Below, in pieces: positions 1 to 9,817 of a stretch of 29,020 bases of DNA. A program made the position numbers and the translations under genes. Under the pieces are notes generated by a model. It was not told the DNA's origin and made no database searches. It worked only from the letters and a program-made list of their open reading frames with translations. The stretch covers positions 19,743-48,762 of the forward strand of contig RQSC01001211.1 in the NCBI GenBank assembly GCA_013416795.1, in the 5' to 3' direction. Every line of letters begins with the position of its first letter. Position 1 is the stretch's first letter. The stretch is from Prasinococcaceae sp. CCMP 1430. Taxonomy: Eukaryota > Plantae > Prasinodermophyta.

Positions 1-502
1 GCGCGTGCACCACCGCCGACCCCCGGTCAGCGGCGAGCGCGTTGCGCGCGGCGCGCTCCCGGCAGCGGCCTGTGCGGCGTGTGCCGCCGCGCCTGCTCCA
101 ACGCGCCGCGCCGTGAGCCACTCGCTGGCTCGCTCGCGAGCGCATGCGTTTTCATAGGGGCCTTATCCGGAGCGAAGTTGAGGTTAAATATTTACGGTGA
201 CGAAAGTGAAGGGTCTAAACATGATCCGTTTTGACCTGGCGCGAACGCGTCGGCCGGCGGCGCCGCGCCGAGTTGCGCACGCAGTGGCCGCCACGGCGGC
301 GCCCGCCGCGGCGCCTCGTGCGCCCGAGCTGCGCGCTCCCCAGCCGCGGCTCGCGAGAGAGGGCGAAGGGAGTTTCGTTTTCCGAGGCCGACGTGCCGAG
401 TCTCCGCGCAGACATGGCGGCAGGGGCGGCGGCGACAGCGGCGCACAAGAGGCAGAGCGCAGCGCGTCGCGCGGGCGCATGCGTTGTCGAATTGGGTGAG
501 TA

Positions 503-1799
503 TTATCGTCCTGCCACCCCCCAAGCCTGGCTCGGCTTGCGCTGGGAGCGCTGCTTGAGGAGCTCGCTCTCGTACATGTCTAGCCGCTCCTTGAATGCCG
601 GCCCCAGTCCCGCGATCTGCGCGTCCCACTTGGCCTCGTAGTCAGCGAAGAGCTTCGTGTCGATGTCTGTGTGGTTCTGAATGTACTCGCGTGCGACCTC
701 GGGCGGCGGCGCGTCCGGAGCGCCCTTGAGCTTGTGCGGCCTGAGGTCGGCGTAGTTCACGGCTGCGAGGTCTTCAAACGTCTTGCCCTTCTGCATGTTG
801 GCCACCTTGTACTGTATCTGGCCGATGCCCGTGAGGTCCGACAGTCGCAGCAACATTGCGTTGAAGCCGCGCGTGATGCCGACCAGATCCATCTGATCGA
901 GCTTGGACGCCGCGTCCTCGTACGTCGCCGCGCGAGGCCTGCCCGGCATGAAGCGCGCAACACGCTCGTGGTTCCTGCCAAACACGGGCTTGAAGCCCAC
1001 GTCGTTGCCGCTGATGATCTCCGTCTGCATGTTGAACGGAATCCAATCGATGAAGGTCGTGCCGAACTGTGCGCTGCGCCTGTACTGCTCTTCTGTCGTG
1101 AAGTACCTGTAGAAGCTCGTGTACAGACGGTGCGGCTCGCGCAGCATGGTGAACACCACCACTGGGCACTGGTCGCCGTTGCGCTCACGAAGCTCGACGA
1201 GGTCCGCCATGGCCTTCTCCTTCTCTATGCGGCTGCCGCGCACCTCGACGAATAGCCGCGGGTGCGAGGTCATGTTCTGCTTCAGGTCGGCGATCAGGCG
1301 CTTCCACGTGCAGCAATGCGGCGCGTACCAGCCCTTGCGCCCCTCGCACGGGGTGCTCATGTCCACGCCATTCTTCAGGTAGCCCTGCAGGTAGTACTCA
1401 ATCCCCTCGGCCCGGGCCTGCTGCTCGAAGAGCCTGCGCACCGTCGTGCCGCCCGTCTTCTCGACGTGCACAAAGAAAATTTGGAAGCAATCCCTGGGCT
1501 TTGCGGTGATGTACGCTGGACGCGGCTTCGAGCGGTCAGGCTCGCGCAGTAACTGAGGTGCAGGCGTGGCTTTTGTGCGCTCGTCCGCCACACTGAGCGG
1601 TGTCCTCCCGACGCGCCCATCGCCGTCGCTGGCCAGTGCAGCCTCGCCCGCACGACCGCGATCGGCGATCCCGCGCAGGAGCGGGCTGACGCCACCCGCC
1701 GCAGCCTGCGCAGCGCCAACGAGCAACAGCAGCCAGAGCGCGGCGAGCGGCACGACCGCGAGCGACCGCGGCGCTGCCGCCCCGCGCCGCCGTTCGCAT
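503..1799 (-). CDS. Secretory-pathway sulfotransferase (Sulfotransfer_2 / galactose-3-O-sulfotransferase-like); 5' end unresolved
   Basis: 5'-PAPS-binding motif FFVHVEKTGGTT and 3'-PB-like motif MLREPHRLYTSFY; hydrophobic segment SLAVVPLAALWLLLLVGAAQA near the N-terminus. The ORF track start at 2095 is TTG. The nearest ATG (1799) is out of frame by 1 nt, so the true start is uncertain. Confidence 0.75.
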
Positions 1800-1803
1800 C
1801 CTC

Positions 1804-1875
1804 TCAGATTTCGACCGTGCTGGCCGAGTTCATGCCGGGGAACATGCGCTTGCTTTTTTTGGTCTCCTTCAGCAT
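1804..1875 (-). other. 23-codon upstream ORF MLKETKKSKRMFPGMNSASTVEI*
   Basis: ATG 1875 to TGA 1806-1804; 20 of 23 sense codons end in G/C; it ends 4 nt before ATG 1799; an N at 1877 shows local uncertainty. Confidence 0.45.
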
Positions 1876-1989
1876 GNCGCGCGCCGACGCCGCGGTCGTA
1901 GCGCTCGCTCGCGGCGCCCGCCGGCTGCCGCCGCGCGAGCACCGCTCTCGACCCGCTTTTTTTTGGGTCTGACGCGGGAGCGGCTTCGA

Positions 1990-2551
1990 TTTCGCGCCTC
2001 GAGACCGGAGTCCAGACCCGAACTCGCTCCCCGGCGGGGGCCCTCGTCGCTCGCTCGCCCCGCCTGGCCTGCCTCCGGCTGCCATCGGCTGTCAATCAAA
2101 CACCTCGTTTTATGAATTCTTCTCTAAAATCACCAGAAAAACAAAAATAAAAATGCATTGAAAGTGATGTACAGTACCTTTTTCGAAAATGCATTGAAAG
2201 TGATGGTGCCGCAGCGCGAGTGCTCATTCCTCGTTCTGTGCCGGCGGGCGCCCGTGGGCTCCTTCGGCGCGCCACCCTCGAAACGCGGACTGCCAATTCC
2301 GCCAATGCGTTTATCTCGTCCATGTACTTCATCTTCCTTCCGGAGAAACGACGCGAATTAATTTTTTAAAATGAAATCAAAATAAAATCAGAATCAAATC
2401 TTTTTGGCGCCGCGCGCGGGCGCCGGGCGCGCGCGCGCCCCCGGTCAAACCCCGCCCGCCGTATATTTGGGGTAGCTCTGTGAAGAGGGTTCGTATTTGG
2501 CGCGCCGTGACTGATTTTTGCATGCTTCCTCCCCAGGAGAGGTTAGGGTTT
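1990..2551. promoter_or_regulatory. Divergent promoter (sulfotransferase / CLASP-like) with AT-rich blocks and E2F-, CHR- and telo-box-like motifs
   Basis: AT-rich blocks at about 2090-2205 and 2355-2405; TTTCGCGC 1990-1997; TTTGGCGC 2403-2410 and 2496-2503; TTCGAA 2182-2187; TTTAAA 2365-2370; TAGGGTTT 2544-2551. Confidence 0.45.
2150..2205. repeat. Perfect 20-bp direct repeat AAAATGCATTGAAAGTGATG x2 with a 16-bp spacer
   Basis: Copies at 2150-2169 and 2186-2205, read directly from the sequence. Confidence 0.95.
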
Positions 2552-2949
2552 TGGGAGGCGGGAGCGCGCGCGCGGTTCCCCGAGCGCGCGCGACGCGCGC
2601 GACGCTCGGCATCCCGCCGCGCGCACCGCACCGTACGCACACACACACACAAACACAGTTAAACAGTGCCCCACTCGCGGCCGCGCGGACACACCTGTCG
2701 GTCGGTGTGCACACGTGCGTGTGCCGGGGGCGGCGGCGGGGGGGCCGCGCGGCGAGCGCGAGGAGGCGAGGGCGCGCGCGCGGCGCGTGCCGACGGAGCG
2801 GATCGCCTGCCCGCGTGCCGGCCGGCGGGACTTCGGCGGGGCGCGGGCGCAGGGTTGTGTGCAAGGGAGGGGGACACAGCAGTCTTACCGGAGCGGTGCG
2901 GGGAGGGGGAGGTGGTTGGTGGGAGGTGAATCGAGAGAAGAGGAGCGCG

Positions 2950-5616
2950 ATGGTACGCGGCGAAGGCGGCGCCGGCGCCGGCACAGCGGCGAACGGCGGC
3001 ACCGAGGGCGCGCAGGCGGCCGCAAACGCGCGTGCGCCGCTTTCGGAAACGGAGCGCATCGCGCGCGAGCTGCACGCCGTCTCGCGCCTCTTCGGTGGCC
3101 CCCCGAGGCCGCGCTCGAGCGGGCGGCTCGTCAGCGACGGCATATTCGCGCGGCCGGACGCCGCCACGTGGAAGGAGCGCAAGCTCGCGCTGCAGCGGCT
3201 GACGCGGCTCTTTGAGAGCGACATGGCGCTCGTGGGGGAGGCGCTCCTCACCGAGGCCTCGCTGCTCAGGGCGATGGCGTTGCAGCTCGCCGACCTGCGC
3301 TCCGAGGTCGTGCGGGAGGGCGCCACGTGCGTGTGCACGTTCGCGAGGGCCGTTGCGGCCGGGAGCAGCGTCAGCGCGGCCAAACTTGTGGGCGTCGCGC
3401 TGAGCGCGCTGGCGATGCCCCTCCTGAGGCTGGTGGGGTCGGCCAACAGGGTGATGGCCGCCCACGGTGCGCGCGCCGCAGTTGCAACGTTCTCCGCGCT
3501 GCGCTCGCCCAAGCTCCTTGCGCTCTTCGCGACGACGGCATCGGCGGACAAGAATCCGGCCATCCGCTGCGGCGTCGCCCGCTACGTGGCGCTGTGCATC
3601 GAGGAGTGGCCGCGGGGCATCGTGGGCAAGGACCTTGAGTCCGTTGAGGTCGCGCTGGCCGCAGGGGCCGCCGACGCATCGTCCGAGTGCAGAACTCTGA
3701 CGTGCGGGGGGCTGGTCGCGTACTACAGGCACTTCACGCGGAGAGCTGACGCCCTCCTCAGAAAGCTGCCTGAGAAGACGCAGAGGGCGGTGTGGGAGCA
3801 GCTGGGGGCGGCGATTCACGGGAACGGCACCCCATTCAGTGCCAACGACACCGAGGCGTACGGCTCGCTGAGGAAGGCGCCCGACCCGGCCGCGCTTGAG
3901 AGAATAGCAAAGCGCTTCGAGGCGGACCGTGCGAAGGCCGCCGAGCGAGGCAAAGCCAAGCGCGAGAAGACGCATGACAGCGGCCTCGCCAATGGGTTGA
4001 ACACTTCAGTGTACGGCTCGCGGGGGAAGGCGACAGACCCGACCGCGCTCGAGATGATTCCAAAGCGCAGCGAGGATGAGCACGCGATGGCTGCCGAGCC
4101 AGGCAAGCGCGACAAAGCGCCTGACAACGGCATTGCCAACGGGTCCAGCGCTCCAGTGGACGGCTCGCTGGGGACGGCTTCTCCGTCCGCGTCCGATCAC
4201 GTCGTGCGCAGCTTTCGCCGCAGCAGCAGCGGCAGCAGCGCCAGTAGCAACGCCGACCCGGCCGCGCTGGAGAGGAGAGCAAGGCGCAGCGAGGCGGACC
4301 TTGCGAAGGCCATCGAGCGAGGCAAAGCCAGGCGCGACAAGGTGCGCGACAAGGGCCTCCCCGGCGGGTTCAACAATTCGACGGCAATAAGCCCGAGGGA
4401 CACAAAGCCCGCTGTGCCGAGCGAACAGAAGGGAAACAACGCAGCACCGCAAGTCGGCAAGCAGGGTGCCACGTCGTCATCGTCGCCCTATGCCCCGATC
4501 GCGGGCAGGGTGAAAGGCAAGGCCAAGGCGCCAACGCACGTGCCCAAGAAGTCTCAGCAGCTGCCAGAGACTCAGTCGCCTCTGATGCGCACGCCCGACA
4601 CTCCGGAAGGGCCCGGCTCGCCGATGCGCCGCGGGAACGCCGAGATGTCGCCAAACGGCGGCGTCAAGAGCGCTCCCGAGGGAAAGCTCCCCGCAATCAA
4701 GGTGCCTCGCTATCCAGTGACTTCCACGTCGTCGTCGCCGCCTACGTCTGCAACAGCCTCAGAGACAAGTATGCTGATGGGCTACTCTGGCGTCCGTGCG
4801 AGCGATACAGAGATCACTGCTATCGACAAGGCAATGTCGTTCGCGCCCGTGTCATCGCCGGCGCTGCGATACGTGCTCGCGTCGACGCCGCCCAGCGAGG
4901 AAGAATTGTCCAGCCGGCCCTGGCTGAAGGAGCGCTTCCTGGAGCGCAGTGCGCACGATTCTTTCACCTCGATGTCATCGTTCACCTCGGTGTCATCGTA
5001 CGGCGCCACATCCGAGATTGGCTCCGACGTAGAGGACCCGAGCCCTGGGGCCGTGGCGGCCGCTGCAAGCATGGGCGCTGGACCCTCCCCCCCCGGCAGC
5101 AACGACACTCTGGAGCGCATGCGCCGCATGCTGACGAGCCCGTCGACAGCGCCGGTGGACACATTGCCAAGCGGTCTCTCCGCGCTCTCGCTTGACGGCA
5201 ATCAGTCCGTCGGCACACCGCTTGGGCCGGTGTCTGAGCTCGTCGAGGAGGGCAAAGACGCGAGCACCAGTGGCGTTGTCGAGTCTGGGAGTGTTCCAGA
5301 GGGCAGCGGCGATGGTGGGAGTGGCGAGGGCGGTAGCGCTCCGGACGGGGCTGCGGCTGCAGACAACGCTCGTGGCGTCACTCATGCCGATGGGATGGCG
5401 GATGCTGACGATACCTCCAAAGACGCCGTGGCACGCAGCAGCGCCGACTTGGAAGTCCAAGACGACGCGAACGCCAGCGCCAGCGCGGACGCGCAGGAAG
5501 GCTCTGAGGCTGTCGCGGCCACGAGCGCGCCCGGCGCGGCCGTCGATGAGCCGATGGAGTCGATCGAGGGGCTGAACGCAATGCTGGCATCGATCCGGGC
5601 AAGTCGCAACCTCTAG
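2950..5616 (+). CDS. CLASP_N/TOG (HEAT-repeat) microtubule-associated protein with a long disordered tail, 888 aa
   Basis: TOG hallmarks WKERKLALQRL, LADLRSEVVREG, SADKNPAIR and GAADASSECR, followed by an S/P/A-rich tail. First in-frame ATG is 2950; the ORF track start at 2518 is TTG. No intron needed. Confidence 0.8.
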   Translation: MVRGEGGAGAGTAANGGTEGAQAAANARAPLSETERIARELHAVSRLFGGPPRPRSSGRLVSDGIFARPDAATWKERKLALQRLTRLFESDMALVGEALLTEASLLRAMALQLADLRSEVVREGATCVCTFARAVAAGSSVSAAKLVGVALSALAMPLLRLVGSANRVMAAHGARAAVATFSALRSPKLLALFATTASADKNPAIRCGVARYVALCIEEWPRGIVGKDLESVEVALAAGAADASSECRTLTCGGLVAYYRHFTRRADALLRKLPEKTQRAVWEQLGAAIHGNGTPFSANDTEAYGSLRKAPDPAALERIAKRFEADRAKAAERGKAKREKTHDSGLANGLNTSVYGSRGKATDPTALEMIPKRSEDEHAMAAEPGKRDKAPDNGIANGSSAPVDGSLGTASPSASDHVVRSFRRSSSGSSASSNADPAALERRARRSEADLAKAIERGKARRDKVRDKGLPGGFNNSTAISPRDTKPAVPSEQKGNNAAPQVGKQGATSSSSPYAPIAGRVKGKAKAPTHVPKKSQQLPETQSPLMRTPDTPEGPGSPMRRGNAEMSPNGGVKSAPEGKLPAIKVPRYPVTSTSSSPPTSATASETSMLMGYSGVRASDTEITAIDKAMSFAPVSSPALRYVLASTPPSEEELSSRPWLKERFLERSAHDSFTSMSSFTSVSSYGATSEIGSDVEDPSPGAVAAAASMGAGPSPPGSNDTLERMRRMLTSPSTAPVDTLPSGLSALSLDGNQSVGTPLGPVSELVEEGKDASTSGVVESGSVPEGSGDGGSGEGGSAPDGAAAADNARGVTHADGMADADDTSKDAVARSSADLEVQDDANASASADAQEGSEAVAATSAPGAAVDEPMESIEGLNAMLASIRASRNL
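3859..4380 (+). repeat. Three degenerate ~40-50 aa internal repeats in the CLASP-like tail
   Basis: DPAALERIAKRFEADRAKAAERGK (3883), DPTALEMIPKRSEDEHAMAAEPGK (4036), DPAALERRARRSEADLAKAIERGK (4255); the first two are 153 nt apart. Confidence 0.9.
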
Positions 5617-5972
5617 GCCGCTTGACTTCGGCGTGAATCATTCAATCATCATTGGTACTGCGCGTGTGTCCGCCACGCGAGAACACGTTAGAGCGGTCGT
5701 GTCCCTGCGCGCGCGCTCGCGCGCGCGCAAAGTGGCATCCTTGGAAGCAACGTTGGTACAACAACACGCTATGCGCGCTTCGCGCATGTATTAATCGGGT
5801 AGCGCTAGGGCCAGAGCGACAGGCGCGGGCGTACTGCCACCACTGGAACGCAGGCGCTCGCTCAAAATGCGCACACGGCAGTGCGCCCGTGGCCCGCCAG
5901 CGCTCGTCGCTCGTGAACGCGCGCCAGCTCCAAGCCCTCTCCGCAGAGCGCGCGTTCCCGTCGCCCGTGTCC

Positions 5973-7165
5973 TCAGACGAGTTGCACGGCGGCGATAGAG
6001 GGTATCTTCTCGCGCAGCTTCTGTGTGACGGCCACGCGCACGGTCATGACGTCGGCGGCGGGTCCCGAGAGCTCGATCTTGACGATGGGCCCATCGATCG
6101 AGTCAAGGGCGAGCTCGCCGCCCCCCGTGCCCGACAGGTACGGGCGGATCTCATCGAGAGTCGCCTCGATGTTTTCCTCTGTCAGCGGCAGGCCGGCTTC
6201 CTGTTCGTCGATGAGCTGCTCGACCTCACTAATCTCGGGGATCTTCTCCATCAGCCGCCGCTGGATGCCTTGCTGCATGGTCACAGTGCTCGATGGGCAG
6301 CTCCCACACGCGCCATTCAGGCGCACGCGCACCACCGGGCCTGCGCGTGCGCGCGCGCGCGAGAGAGAGAGAGAGAGACCGGCGAGGATGCGGCGGACCG
6401 AAGGGTGTGCGCAACGGGGAAAAAGGGTCAGCGCCGGCGTCGCGGCACAAGTTTCGCTCCCTCGCAACCTGCTTGGCACCCGCGCAGACCACCGCACCGC
6501 CTCGCGCGGCGGCGCCGGGGCCGGGGCGCTGGCTCAGCGGGCCTCGGCGCTCTCGCGCGGGCGCGCCACGCACCGTCGACCTCCACGAGCTCTACGTTGC
6601 CGCCGTCTGCCATTAGGTAGGGTCGCACCTCGTCGAGCACGGCCTCGACGTTCTCCTCCGTCAGGTCGAGCGTCTCGAACGTGTCCCCCGCCGTCGCCGC
6701 GCAGCGCGCCCCGCGGCGCCGCGCGGCNNNNNNNNNNNNNNNNNNNNNNNNNNNNNNNNNNNNNNNNNNNNNNNNNNNNNNNNNNNNNNNNNNNNNNNNN
6801 NNNNNNNNNNNNNNNNNNNNNNNNNNNNNNNNNNNNNNNNNNNNNNNNNNNNNNNNNNNNNNNNNNNNNNNNNNNNNNNNNNNNNNNNNNNNNNNNNNNN
6901 NNNNNNNNNNNNNNNNNNNNNNNNNNNNNNNNNNNNNNNNNNNNNNNNNNNNNNNNNNNNNNNNNNNNNNNNNNNNNNNNNNNNNNNNNNNNNNNNNNNN
7001 NNNNNNNNNNNNNNNNNNNNNNNNNNNNNNNNNNNNNNNNNNNNNNNNNNNNNNNNNNNNNNNNNNNNNNNNNNNNNNNNNNNNNNNNNNNNNNNNNNNN
7101 NNNNNNNNNNNNNNNCACGCGCGCGCCAGCGCAGCCGCCGCCGGAGACGCGTGCGAAACGGCCAT
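5973..7165 (-). CDS. NFU: Plastid NifU-like Fe-S cluster carrier (NFU2/3 type, two NifU domains)
   Basis: [31 protein letters not shown]|[21 protein letters not shown] (CxxC), then a second degenerate NifU domain. Intron 6341-6573 (GTGCGT...CAG, phase 1). Putative ATG 7165 ([16 protein letters not shown], transit-peptide-like). The N-terminal part crosses the N gap. Confidence 0.92.
6728..7115. other. Assembly gap (388 N)
   Basis: Run of N inside the NFU 5' coding region. Confidence 1.
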
Positions 7166-7197
7166 CAAGCCGGCGGCGCATGCGAAACGGCCATCAA
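7140..7197 (-). repeat. 29-bp tandem duplication spanning the NFU start codon
   Basis: Minus strand TTGATGGCCGTTTCGCATGCGCCGCCGGC followed by TTGATGGCCGTTTCGCACGCGTCTCCGGC; 26/29 identical. Confidence 0.9.
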
Positions 7198-7338
7198 TCA
7201 CGTCGCGCGGGGCCACAGCGCGCGCGCGGGGCGCCCCCTCGCACGCACGCGCGCCGCCCGCCACCACCACCGCACGCACGCACAGCCCACCCGCCTGGCC
7301 GCCAGCCAGGAGCGCGCGCGAAGGGAGAGGGAGCCGCC

Positions 7339-7769
7339 ATGTACCTCATGTACTACACGGACGACCAGGGCAAGCGCGTGTACACCTTGAAGGTGCGCGC
7401 GCGGGGGAGCGGGGGCGGACGGGCGAGCGGGGAAGCGCGGGGCGCGCGCTAAGGGTTTGCCATGGCTGCCGCGGGCGGCGGCGGCCCCGCCGCCTGGGGC
7501 GGCGCAGGCCGGGCGGCGGCAGGGGGTTGCGCTGCGGTGGGAGCGGTCTTACTGACGCGGCCGCGCTTGTATGGCCGCGCGACGCCTGTGGTTTCCCCCC
7601 GACTGTCCCACTCGCGCGCCTCCCGCAGAAGGACACGCCCGAGGGCGCGTCGACGACGTCGGCTCACCCGGCGCGCTTCTCGCCGGACGACAAGTTCTCC
7701 AAGCAGCGCGTCGCAGGCAAGAAGCGCTTCAACCTGCTTCCGACGCAACAAGAGGCGCCTGCATTCTGA
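7339..7769 (+). CDS. NOP10: H/ACA snoRNP subunit NOP10, 64 aa
   Basis: Exons 7339-7392 and 7629-7769; intron 7393-7628 (GTGCGC...CAG). The protein [19 protein letters not shown]...[18 protein letters not shown]...[10 protein letters not shown] matches the NOP10 signature and length. Confidence 0.97.
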
Positions 7770-8140
7770 GCGCGTCCCGGACGGCCGCAGATGCTCCGCC
7801 AGCACGCGCATGGCATCGCTGGCCGATGTACCCTAACACATGTCTAGTAAGTAGGAAGAAAAAATTCACGACGAATGTAGCTGACGCGGTCGCGCACACA
7901 CCTTGCGCGGAAAGGCGCGCTCGAGCGCCAACACGCGACTGCCCGTGCGCTTCAGCGCGTGGGTGCACCGATGGGCGGACGGATGGGGCGGGGTTACGAG
8001 GACACGTGCATGCTCTGGCCGCGCGTGTGTCGGCGATTTCGGGTTTGTTGCAGATGTGTGGGTGTAGCCGTCTACGGGCAGCTCTCTTGTTTAGCGTGCG
8101 CGCGCGTGCGTACGCGCTCGAGCGTGCGCGCAGCCGTTTC

Positions 8141-9817
8141 TCACACGCCAGCAACGATGGCTGTGAGCCTCGCCTCGAGGCTCTCGCGGCGATCGGTGGA
8201 CGCCGCGCAAGATAGCGCGTGCGAGGGAGCGTGCGACGCCTGCGTCATGCGGGTCGCGCCTGTGGCATTCGTGACCACGGTCGAGGTCTCGTCGTCGACA
8301 TCGCACGCCTCGTATGCGTCGCGTGCGGCAATGAGGGCAGCCGCCTTGGCCTCAGCCGGCGGCGCCCCCGACGCACCCGCGGCACGCGCAGCGGCCTCGG
8401 CGGCCTGCGTCACGCGCCCCTCGCGATGCGCAGTTGCAGTCGTCTTCGCCTTCGCGCGGTCGAGCCCGAGTGCGTGGGCATTTCCGGCCTCGCTAGCTTT
8501 GGTCGGCTTCGCATGGAACGACTTGTAGGTCGTCTGCGCCTGGAACACACGCTCGTGCCTGGGACCCGCGAGAATGGCCGGCACGACGGTGCGCGGAGTT
8601 TGCGCCGCGCGCTGAATACGAGGCGCAACGCCGGGGGTGCGCGGCGGATTGCGCGCACGCTCGGGGCTGCGCCCATCGCGCGGAGTGCCATACTGCTGCT
8701 GGTACGTGGTGTCGTGCGGGCCATCGCCCCCACCAGTAGACGCGGTGCCCGCGTCTGCGTCCCATTCACTGAGGCCCATGGTGCCCTGGATTTCCGCGGC
8801 GTCGAGCTCGGTCACCCCCTTTCTCACGAGCGCCTTACGCCAAGCCTTTGGGAAGTTGGTCTTCTCCCAATCGTCGTACGAGGCGTTGCCCTTCTTGGAT
8901 AGCGGCTTGCCTGCAGGACGCATTTGCTCCTGCTGGGAGCCGCAGAACTCGCGCGCGCTCGCAGCGGTGCGCGGCCGGTGAGAAGCGAGGAGCGCCGCGC
9001 GGCTCCGCCCCAGTGGCGCCTTCTCGCCGGACTTGCGACCCGTCGCAGTACCTACCACACCCTCACCGTCAGCGTCCCCTCCCCTGGGACTACCGTCGGC
9101 TTCATAGTGCAGGTGATACGAGGTCCCCTCACGGCCGGGAAGCTTGGTCTTGAAGAGGCCATCGCCGCTGCCGCCGCCGCCTGGCATGGGCACGGTGCTC
9201 GCTGTCGCCTTGCCGAAGTGCGCACTGGCAGGCACGCGATCGTCGCTCTGTGCCTTGCGCTGCAGGAAGTCGCGCTTGTAGGACGTCGTCGACTCCAGGA
9301 AGCCCTTGCCCGAAATGGCAGCATTGGGCCCGCCACGAACACCGCGTGGCTGCGCGGCCGCCTGCACGGCCGCAGCGAGGCCTGGCGCGAGCGCAAGCCC
9401 GCGCGCGCCCACGTCGTTAGGCGCATCTTCGAAGTTGGAGCGGTACGACGTGCGCCAGTCCTCACGCCAGTCAAATGGTGTCGGCTGGGCGTTTGCGATG
9501 GCTACAGACGACGGCACCGTGGGTCTCTTGATCTGTCCGTTCGGAACGGCGGGCCTCCTGTGCGTGCGGGCGCTCTGCGTGCGCTGGCGCGCGAGCATCA
9601 TGGCGGCGGCCACCTCGGGCTCCTTGGCGTCGTATCGTGCACTCGGCAAAATGTTATCCACCGCTTCGAACGTGCGTGCACGGTCCTCAGAGCGCACTTG
9701 TGCGCCCTGGAAGTCGTTGTCGTACTTGGTGTCCCACTCTGAGTACGTCATCGCACCCGTGTGGTTCAGCACCGGGTCACTGTCGACAAACTTGCGCGCA
9801 AACGGACGGCGCCCCAT
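8141..9817 (-). CDS. 558-aa low-complexity protein with repeated T[TS]Yxxx[FY]-type motifs (SAXO/MAP6 Mn-like; candidate microtubule inner protein)
   Basis: ATG in strong gccgccATGg context; open 558 codons; motifs DTKYDNDF, RTSYRSNF, FLESTTSYKRDF, GTSYHLHY, DTTYQQQY, FQAQTTYKSFH. Coding status is fairly secure; the function is inferred. Confidence 0.6.
   Translation of the reverse strand: MGRRPFARKFVDSDPVLNHTGAMTYSEWDTKYDNDFQGAQVRSEDRARTFEAVDNILPSARYDAKEPEVAAAMMLARQRTQSARTHRRPAVPNGQIKRPTVPSSVAIANAQPTPFDWREDWRTSYRSNFEDAPNDVGARGLALAPGLAAAVQAAAQPRGVRGGPNAAISGKGFLESTTSYKRDFLQRKAQSDDRVPASAHFGKATASTVPMPGGGGSGDGLFKTKLPGREGTSYHLHYEADGSPRGGDADGEGVVGTATGRKSGEKAPLGRSRAALLASHRPRTAASAREFCGSQQEQMRPAGKPLSKKGNASYDDWEKTNFPKAWRKALVRKGVTELDAAEIQGTMGLSEWDADAGTASTGGGDGPHDTTYQQQYGTPRDGRSPERARNPPRTPGVAPRIQRAAQTPRTVVPAILAGPRHERVFQAQTTYKSFHAKPTKASEAGNAHALGLDRAKAKTTATAHREGRVTQAAEAAARAAGASGAPPAEAKAAALIAARDAYEACDVDDETSTVVTNATGATRMTQASHAPSHALSCAASTDRRESLEARLTAIVAGV

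Noticed and set aside
1-145. Minus-strand ORF from ATG 145 (MRSRASQRVLTARRVGAG...) open to the window edge
   Set aside because: It could be a transit peptide of an upstream gene, but it is too short, has no domain, and GC-rich DNA is open by chance.
197-501. + strand ORFs at 197-499 / ATG 414 and a GTGAGT donor-like site at 496
   Set aside because: No recognisable protein and no matching acceptor; it would require the sulfotransferase to be nested antisense in an intron.
2150-2205. CRISPR-like repeat-spacer-repeat
   Set aside because: Only two copies, a 16-bp spacer, a eukaryotic context and no cas genes.
2445-3975. Long antisense ORFs 2445-3563 and 2659-3975; likewise 12340-13698, 12848-13762, 23564-24466 and most of 26132-27673
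   Set aside because: These are shadow ORFs opposite real genes, caused by stop-codon scarcity at high GC. Only the last part of 26132-27673 is real (MMACHC exon 1).
7393-7628. Intronic snoRNA in NOP10, or C/D and H/ACA boxes near 22870-23460
   Set aside because: No complete box pair with a terminal stem was found; the ATGATGA near 23442 has no downstream CTGA.
6025-7769. Long ORFs spanning the N run (6025-7452, 6681-7769, 6534-7181)
   Set aside because: They are open only because N codons contain no stops.
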